DNA from: Tubulanus polymorphus
Lineage: Eukaryota; Animalia; Nemertea
Assembly (NCBI RefSeq): GCF_964204645.1
Contig: NC_134035.1
Location: 6,200,001 to 6,264,000 of the forward strand
Length of the DNA stretch: 64,000 nt
Reading direction: 5' to 3'
Shown: in pieces, positions 37,443 to 51,430 of the stretch
Layout of the letters: every line of letters begins with the position of its first letter
Numbering within the stretch: position 1 is the stretch's first letter
Program-made: the position numbers and the translations under genes
The notes under the pieces: generated by a model
Seen by the model: only the letters and a program-made list of their open reading frames with translations
Told to the model about the DNA's origin: nothing
The model's database searches: none

Positions 37443-38205
37443 AGGAATCCGGGTCATTATACCTCCGCCCAAAATACCTCCACCCAAATAAACCACACCG
37501 AGAATCCTTCGCCCAGAATACCCTCATATGTTTCCAAATTACCTCCAGGCCCTAGATCTATTGGGTTTATGCCTGAAGGACAAAAATTAGGAACCTTTAG
37601 GAACCCATCCAAGTTTGAATTTACAGGTCATATTCAAATAAACCAAAGTTCTGTACCGGTAGTTTAAAAGTAGTTAACAAAGTATAATGTTAATTTCAGT
37701 ATATTGTTCGAAGATCATTGATACAGTTAAATGGAAATGAACTGAATTCAATGTGTATACCGAAATGTAATACATTGTTTTCTTAGATTATAGGACTAAT
37801 CAATATTCTATAACCTAAATATTGAATTGTTTATAGAGAAATCTAGTATTAGATTAAAGACATGAGAAAAACTAATTAACATTCTATAATCAATATCTCG
37901 TTGTTTATTCAAATTGGGTCGATTTGTAAATTTCCCAGCCATAACTAATTGGAAGTGAACATTGTCATTAATTGTTTTTCAATTATTCATCAGTAAAGGC
38001 TTATATATACCGTAATACATTATATATGATCCTATACATGTATAATAGTCAATATTGGTGGTACTTTATACATCTGAATAATAGAATTTCTTTTAATTCT
38101 TGGTGGAGGTATTTTGGACACATATGAGGGTATTCTGGGTGGAGGAATTCTGTGTGTGGGATTTTGGACGGATGTATTTTGGGCGGAGGTATTATAGGCG
38201 TATCC
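37443..38205. mobile_element. Non-autonomous DNA transposon with ~100-bp imperfect TIRs
   Basis: TATACCTCCGCCCAAAATAC...CCCAGAATACCCTCATATGT (37457-37546) mirrored at ~38101-38195. Confidence 0.7.
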
Positions 38206-38399
38206 CTTTACATAGCGAATGGCTGTTATCGCGATGTTGATATCAACGTATAAAGAATAATGAAATTAGGAAAATGAAAGGAAAGTGTTAACGGTGGCAG
38301 GTGTCACCCTGATATAAGTCACACATTTCATAATCATATACATACCAATTTCATATTGAATGGTTCATAATATTTCATATCTCTTTCTATATGAAATGC

Positions 38400-38430
38400 T
38401 TAATAATAATAATAATAATAATAATAATAG
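38400..38430. repeat. (TAA)n microsatellite
   Basis: About 9 TAA units; could be a LINE tail. Confidence 0.85.
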
Positions 38431-41029
38431 TATTAATAATATAATATAACTTATGAATACAGTACAATATGTGCTTTATCGCAATCAACATGTCAGACTA
38501 CTCATTATGTATAGGCACTTCGCACCCGGTTCATTAAACCATATTTTAGAATAAGACCAAGTGCCTTCAAACTGATACAATTATTAAACTCTAAGAGCAA
38601 ACAGCTCTGTAACCTGTCTCGCTTTATACAGCAAGGATCAAAGTTTCTCTAACTCATATTAAATATGTACTGTTCAATGCCCGCCTTAAGCTATTGTTGA
38701 TTGATAAGTATTCATGTATTTCTTCTCATTTAAACCGTGTTTGTATGAATTCTGTAAACTGCATGGGTACGTGTACAATGTATGAACCTGTTTTTTGTGC
38801 TCTGTGCTAATGTAAATTTTGTGGAGCAATAAACTAATTGTAATTGTAATTGTATTTAAAGTGATTAGCTCTAGCCTGTGCTCATCATTAATCAATTTGT
38901 GTCTCGCAAACATGTCACTAGGTGTTAGTTTGTGAGTCCTGATGTCTGCAACTTGTCTGACACCTAGTTCTCACTTTATACTAATGATTCTGTATATAAA
39001 GACTATGTTAAGTTATGATAAACACTCTCATTCCGGGATGCAATTAAGATTGTACATATAAGGTTTAAAATGCCTTGTTGTTCCTGATGGATGGAATCCT
39101 GTAGCGCCTGGTTTCAATGCTTGTTCTCCAGCCAGCCTGCCGATACAACAAACCGGCCGGTCACAGAGGAAAGGCATTAATCGCGGTAAGTATAAACAAG
39201 AAAATTAATTTTGATGAATTATTTGACGCCTGCGATAAAAACGTAGAATTTTTGGGATAAGCTAATGTGGAATTGCAAACTTGAAATCGAAGTTTTAAGA
39301 AATTTGGGGAATTATAAGATTTGGCGATTGGGTAGATACAGAGGTCTTCTCGACTCGGTAGTGGTTTTTTTATTGAAAATTGTCAATAATTGATAACTTG
39401 CGACCGACTTCATTCACTTTTTCCTCTAAGCTGGTCTGCGCAACTTCATTGCCTCCATGGTTGAGGAAGAGCTCTTCTGATGTCTGCGATCGACTTAGAA
39501 GCGTGTGGTCTAGCCAGCCGGCCCCGGTCCCGGTTTGGCAGTCACTCCATATCCTCCTTAATGTCATTCAAAATAACTTGTTTATGTTATTCTGTATGAA
39601 TTACGCATGTGTTTTGTATGTTGTATCTTCTTAGTTTAAGATTTGTTACTTTATCAAATTTGGGAATTTTATATGTAATAAGGATCAATAAAGAATTTAA
39701 TTGAATTGTCACCTAATACACATGCCATCAGAGGAAGCGGAGCCGAATATGATAGGTATGCTAAAATTGCTAATCTCATGAAACCTGCATACCCCTTATA
39801 TCGAACATATTTTCTAAAACATTTGAATATTGAAATTTTTTGTTGACACATTTTTATATTGACCGCTTGTAGCCGCCGATGAAATTCACGTCGGCCCTAC
39901 GCAGAGCGTAGATAGCTACGTCATTCCACCAGCATCTCCATGTCAGGGTCTTTCTTTTATGTCAGACTTCCAAATCGTGTATACTTCCGCCATTTTGACC
40001 GAATAATCCAATTTGTTTGGTGAACGGAAAAAATGGCCAAGGAAAATATCATTTATCATTTCATCAAATTATCATTTCGATTTATGTCTGCTTCTGATAT
40101 AATCATACATCCATTACTATTACAATACGTCTTCTAATAATATTCAATGCAATATAACATTTCGACGTTCAAATAGAGCTAATTATATAATCACAGAACG
40201 ACATTCTTTGTCAGTGGTATTTTGCCAAATAGCTTGTATGTGACGTTTTGCACATCGATTTACGGTTGTCGTTTGTAAAATGACGCTGAATGGTTCACAC
40301 TGTTTAGGTTTCATAATGGTAACGTTTTATAAGGCGTCAAAAAATAATTCATTGATATTTACTCGGAGGACCAGAAACTGTCAGAAACTGTCATTCTTGA
40401 ATTGATGTAAGAACTTTGATACACGTATCCGTAACGATAATCCAGGATCACACACGAGAGACGGCGATCGGTATAAATATATACAAGTATGTATGTTAGT
40501 ATCTTATACACATAAAGGTTACTTTTTACGATAAACAAAACGGTTCCGCTCACTGAGGCCTAACATAATGAGTTTATAAATGGCGGAAACGTTGAAACGT
40601 ATGGATGAACCTCTCCTGGATTAATGCTAGTTTCTGAAGCTTTAAGGAACGCTCCCAGACTTAAACGTCTATTGGTTTTCACTTTTGTGTGTGAGATAAA
40701 CTGCTCGCAAGCGCTCTAGAACCAGGGGCCAGTTTCACGAAAAAGTTTAACTCAAATTTTTTGATTAATTGCCATTGGTTACTTCATGTTTTCAATGAGG
40801 ACAACAATTCAAACTTAACTGTTTTAAGCTTACACTTTTTTCGTGAAACTGGGCCCCGGTGATATAACTTAATTCTGCATGTGAAAGTCTGAAGTTAACT
40901 CAAAGTAGGTCCCCGTAAATTATTAACCTCGCCATACATCACGCGTATACTGGTTATAGTGAACTGGACTCGTCACGCATGAATGCGAGTAACCTAGATC
41001 TACTGATCGTTCTCTCAGAATACGTGTCT

Positions 41030-41745
41030 TTTTGTGTTTACTAGAGATATGGATCTGTCGATAGAAAGAGTGTCCGATTTCGAAAAATTCGTTAGAGAAG
41101 CACTGTCAAAAATGCAAACAACTGTTATGAAAATAGATGCCAGGCAAGATAAGTACGAAAAATGGTGCAGCAACCTAGACAATACGATCACCAAACATGA
41201 TGCTGCACTGGATGAACTTACAAAATCAGCTGAATTTGGGGAAAATTGGGGAAAGTGCAAATAAAGCTCTATTTTTTGTTTTGAAAAAGGTCCAACAGTA
41301 CTCTTTAGATACAGACATAGGTTTAGAACTTTTTGATGCTATGGTCGAACCAATCCTTACGTATGCATGTGAAATATGGGGTTACGAATCAACTGCTATT
41401 TTAGAGAAATCAAGACCAATTTACTCAAAAATGGAGGGCCGATTGCCGCAACAGCTCAAAAGGACTACTGTATTCTATTATCAAAACCAAACTTAAGTTC
41501 GAACCATATTTGCATGACCTCCCTATTTCATTGCGACGCACATTGTGCCGGTTTAGATGTAGTAATCACAAACTACCGATTGAAACCGGTAGATATAGTA
41601 ATACACCTCAAAACCAGAGATATTGTTTAAAATGCAACCAAAATGTAATTGGAAATGAATATCACTTTATTTGAATGTCCAGAATATACAATTCTAAAAT
41701 CACAGTGCTTACCAAAATTTTGTTTAACAAGACCTAATCATTATA
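41030..41745 (+). mobile_element. Deleted LINE relic (ORF1-like coiled coil plus RT C-terminus)
   Basis: LELFDAMVEPILTYACEIWG, similar to the 27.6-29.1 kb element; decayed C-terminal E..H...EC motif at ~41655-41680. Confidence 0.65.
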
Positions 41746-42526
41746 AACTGATTATAAAAAGTGACGAGTAAATGACGAGTTGATAAAAGTAGATTTTCAA
41801 TAAAAACATAATATAAGAAAAGTAATTCAGTTTTCAATATCAAGTGTTAGCAAAATTTATTAAGCTTTTAGTATAAAAGAGTTAGCAAAGTGTTAGCACA
41901 TTAGTACAGTTTTTTGATATAAAGTGTTAATTCAGTTTTTCAGATAAAAGTGTTTGTAAAGTGTTAGTGAAAGTGAAGTTTTAATATATTAAGTGTTCAT
42001 AAACACACGCTTACATAAAAGTTTGTGTTTATTTGATTATGACCGGGACTGATATTCTTTAGCATGCAGTGACTTAAAAAATCAAATTGTTGCTAGGAAT
42101 TTGAATTGAAGTTTTATATAACTATAAAATATTAAAATAGAACAGCATATGACCGGATAAATGAGAGTGAAGCGAGGATTCGGCGATGATCCAACAGGAT
42201 CGTTAGTGTCACTGTGTTACCGCGCTTCAATTCCTTCTTCATTTCAATTAAATTCGAGTAAACTTTTCTGATTTTGGTAAATCAATTTGCAGTGAAATCA
42301 ATACCATACACTGAGTTAGAAAGTTAATCTAATATCTATCCGATCACTCGTTTGATAATTTTCTGATTAGGAAGCCTAAAAATCAAGTTCAAATTTCACT
42401 GAAATGAACTGCTTTTCAATACGAATGGCTCGATGTTTTGTTGCACCATCTTGTGTTGCCGGTATCCCGCGCACTTTTAGCCAACTCGGGTTTTCACCTC
42501 ACTTTAATGGATTATCTTGACTTGAA

Positions 42527-45279
42527 TTAACGTATGTGTTCTGGTTCATGATGTCCATCGACAGTAGGGTTTAACAAGTTGTTGTTTTTAGGTCGGTCGA
42601 TGTCACTGATAGTTTGAGGCATCGGTATACCTCTAGTTTCCGGTAAGAGTAACATCAGCAAAGCGGTAACCAGTCCAATACACCCGAGAATTACGCCAGA
42701 CAACCAAGATATATATTGAGCCTGAAACAATTCGATTGTAATGTTGAAATGTTAAACAAGTGACAGGATTGAAAATGTAGGAAATAAAAACCTACCAAAT
42801 AAGCGGCGAATGGTGCTGTCATCGAACCTACTCGGGAAAACGCCGATGTGATTCCGATCGCACGATTTCTGTAAAAGAAAAAGACAAGAAGATTGCGAAA
42901 TACTGAACTCTATCTAAACCTATATGTACAACCACACTTGTATACCTGAAGTTAGTCGGGTAAAGTTCACTGGTATGGATGAAAATAATACCATAAGCTG
43001 CAGTGCAGCAGAATTTTCCAACGGTATTAAACGTCATAATTAACGGAACCAAATTCGTCTCTCCTTGAAATGAAAAAGCATATCAGAGTTTTCTGGTGAA
43101 ATATCTGTAAGTGATCTGCTTATTCATATCATGAATCCAGATATACATTTTGTACGTACCGACACTTTCAGGAGCGAACGCCACAGCTATTAAAACTAGA
43201 CCGGTTATAGCATAAAGCAACATCAACGATACTCGTCTTCCAATACTGAAAAATATCTTCCATATTTAATCTGATTTATTCATGTTATGTCAAGGCGTCT
43301 TTCTATTGATGACTTTAAACTACAACTTACAACAAGAGTAGTAGATGCATCGTAAGGTAACTTGGTATTTCAATAGCAGCACTCAAAAAATAATTAGCAA
43401 ATCGATCCCCGGCCATAACTGTCGTACTCAGTGTCAACCCGTAATAAGTGAGACTTGTAAAAGGCCTACACAAATGAAAAAAAAAACAATATCGGTAGTA
43501 GAGAAAACGAAAGCGTCATCCAAATAGCCTGAATTATTCAGAAAATAAAATAAGTAACCGGTCTGAATATCTGTTTATACATTATAGGTCTTAAATAAGA
43601 CGCGTGTCTATGTTCGTATCATGGATGTGCATTGAACAATACCGATACTTACCAGATGATAGATTCCAGTATCGTGTATCGACGCAGTTTTGGATGTTTG
43701 AGAATCTGTAAAATTCCAATCGTTCCATTATTCGAGTCTTCACTAAACTTAGAACAGCCGACCATATTTCTGAACACTAGTTTAACACTATCCACAACCG
43801 CACTTTTATCTGAATATAACGTATTTAGGTCTGTAATAGATTCATTTTCATGAATGAATTGAAATATATCAGGTGAATTTCATCAATCTACTTTGAGTTT
43901 CTGTGGTTTTTCTAATGGCAGAAATGACGGCTGGTGAAAGCGAGCGTTTGTTAAATTTCGCTGCTTTTCTCAAAATTCTGATCGCTTCTTCGGGTCTGGA
44001 ATTTGCGACGAGCCACGCCACAGATTCATCGTAAAACCTAATTACAAAATGATATGATGAACATCTCCAATTTCGAATGGATATTTCATTATCGAAAAAT
44101 TCTATTTACCAAAGTCCTAGAATGGTGAAACAAGAAATGATACCCCCGACGATTTGCAGGTATTTCCAGTGAGTGAAATAGTAGCCGCAAACTCCAGTTA
44201 AAAGCATTCCCATCGTAAATGAAATCATGTGAAATGCGTTAGCGAATGAACGTTGATCGGTCGGAAACCACTCACAAACCAAAATATAACCAACTAAGGT
44301 AGCGCCCTAAAAGAAACAACCAAAGCATGGCGGAAGAAAAAATAGTTTCTCGTAAAATGACTTTTCTATCTTATAATTCTTCAGCTCTTTGTGTAATTTG
44401 TTTCTCTTGGACATTGGATGAACTTCTTAATAAACTTCAGGGATTTTCTAGGAATTGACTAGGAATTTAAGGCTTTAATTCATCATCGATAATAGAAATT
44501 ATTCACCATACTGAAAAGTCCGCTAAAGAATTTCATTGTAATGAAAAATGTTTGGTTGACAAAAATGACAGAAAGAAACATCGAAACAGCGAACAATAGA
44601 GAACAGACTATATACGGGATTTTCCTTCCAAAATAATCCGACCAAGGCGGCGCAACCACACTTCCGGCCAAGATACCCCCGAAATATATCGACATCGCTA
44701 GAGCGTTCATGTGATTGAATTCACAAACCCACGAAAACTGAAAATAGATAACTCATTTTATCATTTTTCTGGTGATTGGATCATGAGGATTAATCTGCAG
44801 AATGACTGACTGACCTGTTCGGTAAGAGTATGATAACCGTGTGACTGGTAATAGTAACCGTTTTGACAGACGACTGTGGTATTATCTGTAATTGACTTGA
44901 ATTGTCGACACTGATCGAATTTAATTTCTCCATCCTCACTAGTTGCATACGGTATCGACTGGTTCACTGTTTGATTCGCCGTAGGCAGTTTACAATGGTG
45001 TTCTGGAATCCATGCTGAATATTGTGAAAATATGAAAATTTTTCACTATCACGTTATTATGTAATTATGCAGTTCAATGTTAGTTGAAGAAAGTTGAAAT
45101 TTAACGTCAACTCAGGGCCTAATTTTCGGAATACATGTAATAAGATGTTGCTTACCTTGAAATATCAGGCCGAATGTACTTATAGCCGATGATGAAGACG
45201 CTATTTCAATAATAAACAACTGCAATATCTGATATCTTCCATATCTGCCTAACTCCTTCAAAGCGGTTTCTACTTCCAT
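42527..45279 (-). CDS. SLC22/Orct-like transporter, copy C
   Basis: ATG at 45279 (MEVETALKELGRYGRYQ), same exon layout, C-terminus LPETRG...HEPEHIR*; no disablement noticed. Confidence 0.92.
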
Positions 45280-45701
45280 CGTGCTGTAAAAAACCTCTAC
45301 TGTAAACCGAAAATATTTCGAACCGATATCATGCTTTAACTAGACTATACTTTTAACAAACTTGTAAAACACGTAAATGTATAGTAAAAAACCTTTGATT
45401 TCTGCTTTTCTTTACATGAAGGATACGACGGACAGCATTTACTTTTTACTGGCTAAAGTTATCCTAAACTGTTATGTAGAATTTCTATGATTTCAGTGAT
45501 GCCAGTTGGAAGTTTGTGTTGTCGAAAATCTTTTTACTTGTTTAATCATTTTACTTAAATATTTTCTTATCTCTTTTTTGATTTTATGATCCGAAATCGG
45601 AAGCAAAGATAGTGATTGGTCGGATTTGCATAATTTTGCTTTAATCGAATTATTTGTTTGAAGGTGCAGACCTAGCTGAGAGGTTTTGAATCCGCAGCGC
45701 G

Positions 45702-45823
45702 ATGGAATCAAGAGACTCTTTTAAAGGATTTAGGACGTTACGGGAAATATATATAAAATGTTTTAGGGAGAACTTTTAGGGAGTTTTCGCATCACCCTTT
45801 CCTTCTTTGAGTTTGCTATTCCA
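45702..45823 (+). pseudogene. Inverted relic of SLC22 exon 1 (frameshifted)
   Basis: cgATGGAA..., KDLGRYGKY, ...FPSLSLLFH; head-to-head with copy C. Confidence 0.75.
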
Positions 45824-46704
45824 TCCGATATTCATTGAATAACTTTTCGTTAAAACACCTCCATTTGCTTTTCTTGGGCAGGCGAAAACAGGTCATACTT
45901 TGCGAGGAAAGTGGTTCTTCGTGGTTCCCGCCTATTCTTCCTTCTCTGATGGAAATAGTTTTTCTACTGCCAAGCATATTCTGCCTTGAACAGCAAATTC
46001 AATGGATGTTGAATGTTCAGTGATTTTTTTATTAAGTTTAAGTTTAGTTTATTTGCTCAACAATAAGTACAATTGCACAGAGCACAAAATGTATAAATTC
46101 AATACATATTATACAAATACTAATAATTAATATGATAACAATAATTTCAAGCGAAGGCTGGTAAGCATTTGTTCAAAAATATAGATAACTTGATTAAAGT
46201 TTTTCTGTTTGAAATTATGGCAGCTGTAGGGTAACGTCAGTTGGTGTCGCCAATAGTAACTTGGGAGACATTTACTTCTTTGAACTTGAAAAAGGGGCAA
46301 ACCAAAAGAAAATGAATTCATCTCCTACAGCCGCTAAATTACACTTTCGACATATTCTGTATTTCCGTTCAATTTTGAATTAGAAAAAATCTTTATTATG
46401 ATTAGGGAAACTTAATCACGATTTGGGTCAAAACTGTAATCGAAGTTAATCACGCTCAAAACTTGCAGAATTTTAATGTTTTGTACAAACATTTTGAGCT
46501 GGTTTCGCAGTCAATTTCAGCGCAAATGTTTTATCTCAATTTCTAATTCCAGTATAACTGCAGAACAATTACAAGATTGAAGCACTTTCTTCGCAAGAAT
46601 CATAACCTACACCGTGTACGTCCTGATATGATAGTGAGAGTCTCGGGTAAGAGATAAGCGCTACATGAAGATATTCTAAGAAGAATAATACATGTAATTA
46701 TTAC

Positions 46705-46828
46705 CTTGGAATAGCAAACCCAACGAAGGAAACGGCGTAGAACAACTCACTACTTCGATGATGAAAAGCCGAACTATTTGATATTTGCCGAATCGTCCTT
46801 AATCCTTAGAAACAGTCTGCACTTTCAT
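46705..46828 (-). pseudogene. Full-length relic of SLC22 exon 1 with one premature stop
   Basis: MKVQTVSKD*GRFGKYQIVRLFIIEVVSCSTPFPSLGLLFQ(G)|GTAATA; 124 nt, the same length as the real exon 1. Confidence 0.85.
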
Positions 46829-47284
46829 CACGCTTCGGAATCTACCTGCGACCGGGAGCGGCTTTAAGCTATTACTAGACCCACGATATGAAGACGCGGA
46901 CGCGGAGGCATTTTGACACTTTGTGGTAATACGATGTACAGAATGAAAATTACTGTATGAGGTATCAAATCATCATTAGGGTGCCCTAATCGTGAATGAT
47001 TAGACACCTGATACCTTAATCTACCCCAGCTGACAGCAAAACGTTTTCACAACGTTTTATCAAGGCTGCCTACGAAACGAAACAACGTTTTATAGATGTT
47101 TAATAAACGTTTCAGCCATAAGTCTTCTTAGAGATTCAGGAATGTTTTTAACGGCCATAAAGACTTGTCCTTTTTGTCCTTTTTAAAAGGATTTAAGATG
47201 GCGGACTAGTGCGATCACGCATTCGTATATGTCCTGACAAAAATTATTTATCAAGTGTTTTTCACTGTGGATTTATAACGAGTA

Positions 47285-48553
47285 ATGGGTTCATTGGATA
47301 GGAAGTGTTCTATCAAGTTTCCTCTGAATGAGGTAAACGGAAAAATTCTTCATCAAGATGTAATTAACGCTATAAAGGACAGTGCCGACGGTGACGTGAG
47401 TAAAATCGCAGCGATTCAAATAACGTCAAAATTTTCTGAAACAATCCGGATTAATCTTTCGAGGGAATAAAATCACTCCGGATGATGTAGATTTAACCTT
47501 TTTGTCTGTGAAAATAGTCGATGCTCCGTATGAGATGTCGGATCTGACCATTGTCAACTTTATTAAAAATTATGGTGATTATGTTGAAGGATCGGTAAAA
47601 AAAGGCGTGATAAGGGACACTCAAATATATACTGGGACCAGATATTTGAAATTGAAACAAGTCAATAAAGTTATTCCAAACTTCACATCAATCGATGGAT
47701 TCCGCGTAAGAGTGTACTGTGAGGGTATAGGGTGTCAACATTGCCTTGGCGATCATCGCTCAGCTGACTGTCCGTCACGATTTAAGTGTTTCAAATGTGG
47801 CGCCGCAGAGCATAAAGCTCGTGATTGTACCGTGACTCTGAGCGACACGATATCCAACGAAGCGCGTGACTATTGCGAGAAAACGTCAAGCGAACCGCTG
47901 TCCAATACTATTACAAATAATGTATTAGTAATCGGTGATTCTAACCTCCGTGACTTCGAGTTTCCGAATGGCACGATTATTTGCCAGCCTGGTGCTAGCG
48001 GTGAAAAGATTTCATCGCTTCTGAATAAAGCTGACAATCAGATTCTAGATCGATCGTCGATTACTGACGTTATTCTCCATTTAGGTACAAACGATATAAG
48101 TAACAACAAAAATGACAGTGACACTGTAGTGGTGAATCTGTCCTTAGCCATGGCCAAAACAACGGAACATTTCAATGAAGCCCAGATTCACTTCTCTAGT
48201 ATCATTCCAAGAAAAGGTAACTCCAACAACGTAAAAGAGTACAACAGCCTTGCAATAGCAGTTAACAACCATATCGGGAAACTATGCGCGGAACAGAATA
48301 TCATGTTTATTGATAATGACACTATATTGAAACTTAAACCGTCTGGTAAAGCTTTGGACCACTTTTATTCGCCGACCGATAAAAGAGTGAAACCGGCAAG
48401 CTTGCATTGCTTAAACACTTTTGTGAGGCAATAGATGGCGTCACTAGTGATGCTTTCTGCACACCGACCTCGGCAAAACGAAAGGAGAGATCACTATCCG
48501 GAACACCACCTTCAATAGAAAAAACCAGGAAAAAACAATACGTTGAATATTAG
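47285..48553 (+). pseudogene. LINE ORF1: RRM-like region + two CCHC knuckles + SGNH/GDSL esterase, two frameshifts
   Basis: CQHCLGDHRSADC, CFKCGAAEHKARDC, VLVIGDSNLR, VILHLGTNDI; frameshifts near 47430 and 48388. Confidence 0.85.
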
Positions 48554-48578
48554 TCATACACCATGACTTGTTATTTGT

Positions 48579-51430
48579 ATGAAAAGCTCAGTAACTGATA
48601 TACCTTGTACAAACAACAGTTGTTTGTACTTTAATGTTGACGAGGATTCTCCTCTTGAATGGGGAAGTCTATCCATCATTTCTCATAACATCAGAAGTGT
48701 CAACAAAAATTTTGACAGTTTAACTGATTTTTTGAATTGTTGTAATGGTCAATTTTCGGTCATTGGTTTGACCGAGACTTGGACTAATTCAAATAATTCT
48801 AACTCCAATTTGTATAGAATTAACGGTTACACGAGTATCTTTAAATCCCGCGCCAATGGTCAACTTGGTGGCGGCGTAGCTCTCTTCCTAAAGGAAAATT
48901 TCAATTTCAAAGTACGGACAGACTTATCAACTAGGAATCATACTTTCGAATCTTTATTCATCGAAATTGTTCTAGATAAAAAATCCAATATTATTATTGG
49001 AGTAATATATAGACCTCCAGGAGGAAAATTACCAACTTTTCAAGATGAATTTGAAGTTTTAACGGCAGAAATTACTCGCGAGAACAAACTTTGCTACCTG
49101 GTGGGGGACTTTAATATAGATCTCATGAAATATGATACGCACAAACATACTGAAATATTTGTCGAATCTTTATTTTCTCATTCTTTTTCACCTTTGATTG
49201 ACAAGCCAATTCGAGTAACTTGTGACTCGACATCCTTAATTGACAATATTTTTTGTAACGATTTGCGACATGTTCACAAATCTGGGATTTTTATGACCGA
49301 CCTTTCGGATCATTACCCAATATTTACTATCTGCAGTGGTGATCAGCCTCTGTCTGACAGACAACCTTTTAAAACTAGAATTTTCTCGCAGCGCAATATT
49401 TCTAATTTCAACAGATTACTAATGAATATTAACTGGAGTGAAGTGTATTCATCTGATAATCCCTCAGTTGCTTACACTACTTTCATTGAAAAAGTTACTT
49501 TAGTTTTCAATCAAGTTTTCCCTCTGGTACCAGTTAATCATATTAATCCCTCATTCCATAAACCATGGATAACTCCTGGTATTATCGCAGCAATTAAAAC
49601 AAAAAACAACCTTTATAGGAAATTTATTAGAACACGTTCAGAAAAAATAAAATCAAAATACAACTCGTACAAAAATCTCATTTCAAAGCTTATTAACAAA
49701 GCCGAATCTAATTATTATTCTGAAAAATTGCTCGCTGCTGGAAATGATATGAAAGAAAAGTGGAAACTGTTGAACACAGTTTTAGGTAGAAACATTTATT
49801 CTAAAATGCCTAATTCTTTTACTTCCGATCAACGTGTTATTTCTGGTAATATAAACATCGCCAACGAGTTTAACAATTTTTTTGCAAATATTGGTGAAAG
49901 GCTTGCTACTCAAATCCCTGATACAGAGCAATCCTTTCATCAATATATGAATAAACGTGTCAATGAAAGTCTATTTCTCTTTCCGACTTCACCTCATGAA
50001 ATAAGTGATGTGGTCTCGGGTTTCCCCTTAAAGAAGAGTGCTGGTGTCGATGGTTTGAGTATTTTTGTTATAAAACAGGTGATTGACATCATTAAGTTCC
50101 CTTTATCCCATATCTTTAACCGCAGTCTTCAGACTGGAATAGTTCCCAATGAACTCAAAATTGCGGAAGTTTGTCCTTTGTTTAAATCCGGAGCCCCTAA
50201 TTCTTTAAATAATTATCGACCCATATCTTTGCTTCCTAGCTTCTCAAAAATTCTGGAAAAACTAGTTTACAACAGATTGGTTTCCTTTTGTAACAAACAG
50301 GATATTGTAATCCCCGACCAGTTTGGCTTTCGTTCAAAACATTCAACAGATTTGGCATTAACCAAGGTTGTTGATAATCTTTCTGAAGCCTTGGAAAATA
50401 AGAATATTACTATTGGATTATTCTTGGACCTGTCTAAGGCATTCGACACCGTTAACCATGACATTTTGCTAATGAAGCTTGATTATTACGGAATCCGAGG
50501 TGTTCCTCATGATTGGTTTAAAAGCTACCTGACTGACAGGAGTCAAGTTTTAAGTTTCAACAATACCTTATCGTCTCCATTAAATGTGTCAATTGGTGTA
50601 CCCCAGGGTTCTATTCTAGGCCCTTTGCTCTTTTTATTATACGTTAACGATTGCGTTAATGCGTCCAAATTACTCCATTTCATCCTCTTTGCCGATGACA
50701 CGAATTGTTTTTATAGTAACTCTTATATCAAAGAATTGGTTTCCATAGTTAATTCTGAACTGGCGAAACTTGGCATCTGGTATCAAGTAAACAAACTTTC
50801 AATAAATATTGCGAAATGCCACTTTATGATTTCTGGTCGTGTAGATCACTTTAATTCTTCCATTTGGTTAAATGGAGAATAAATCAAACGTGTACATAGT
50901 ACGAATTTTCTTGGTCTTTTTATAGATGACAAATTAAATTGGGATGTCCATATCAAATATGTCTGCAGTAAAGTGTCACGCTCCATTGGAATTTTAACCA
51001 GATTAAAAAAGCATTTCCCATCAAATATCCTTATTACCCTTTATTATAGTTTTGTTTATCCTCATTTACAATATTGTAATTTAATCTGGGGAAGTAATTA
51101 TGCAAACAAGCTTAATCCACTAATTTTACTACAAAAAAGCAGTAAGAATAGTTAATAAGTCTCATTTCCTAGAACACACTGACCCTATCTTCAAGAAATT
51201 GAATATCCTAAAATTTAGACATATTACAAAATTTCAATTATGTCTATTTATGTTCAAATTCAATAATTCAAAATTGCCAAATTCCTTTAATCGGTATTTC
51301 AAAAAGAATGTTGATATACACTCGTATTCAACCAGAAATATGAATTCTTTTCGTGTTGCCAGATTTCGGACTAACAAAACACAATTCACAGTAAAAATTT
51401 CTGGTCCTGTTGTCTGGAATTATTTGCGTG
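48579..51430 (+). pseudogene. LINE ORF2: APE endonuclease + reverse transcriptase
   Basis: IGLTETW, IYRPP, GDFNID, SDHYPIF; QFGFR, LDLSKAFDTV, GVPQGSILGP, LFADD; in-frame TAA at 50880-50882 and a 1-nt frameshift near 51135. Confidence 0.93.
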
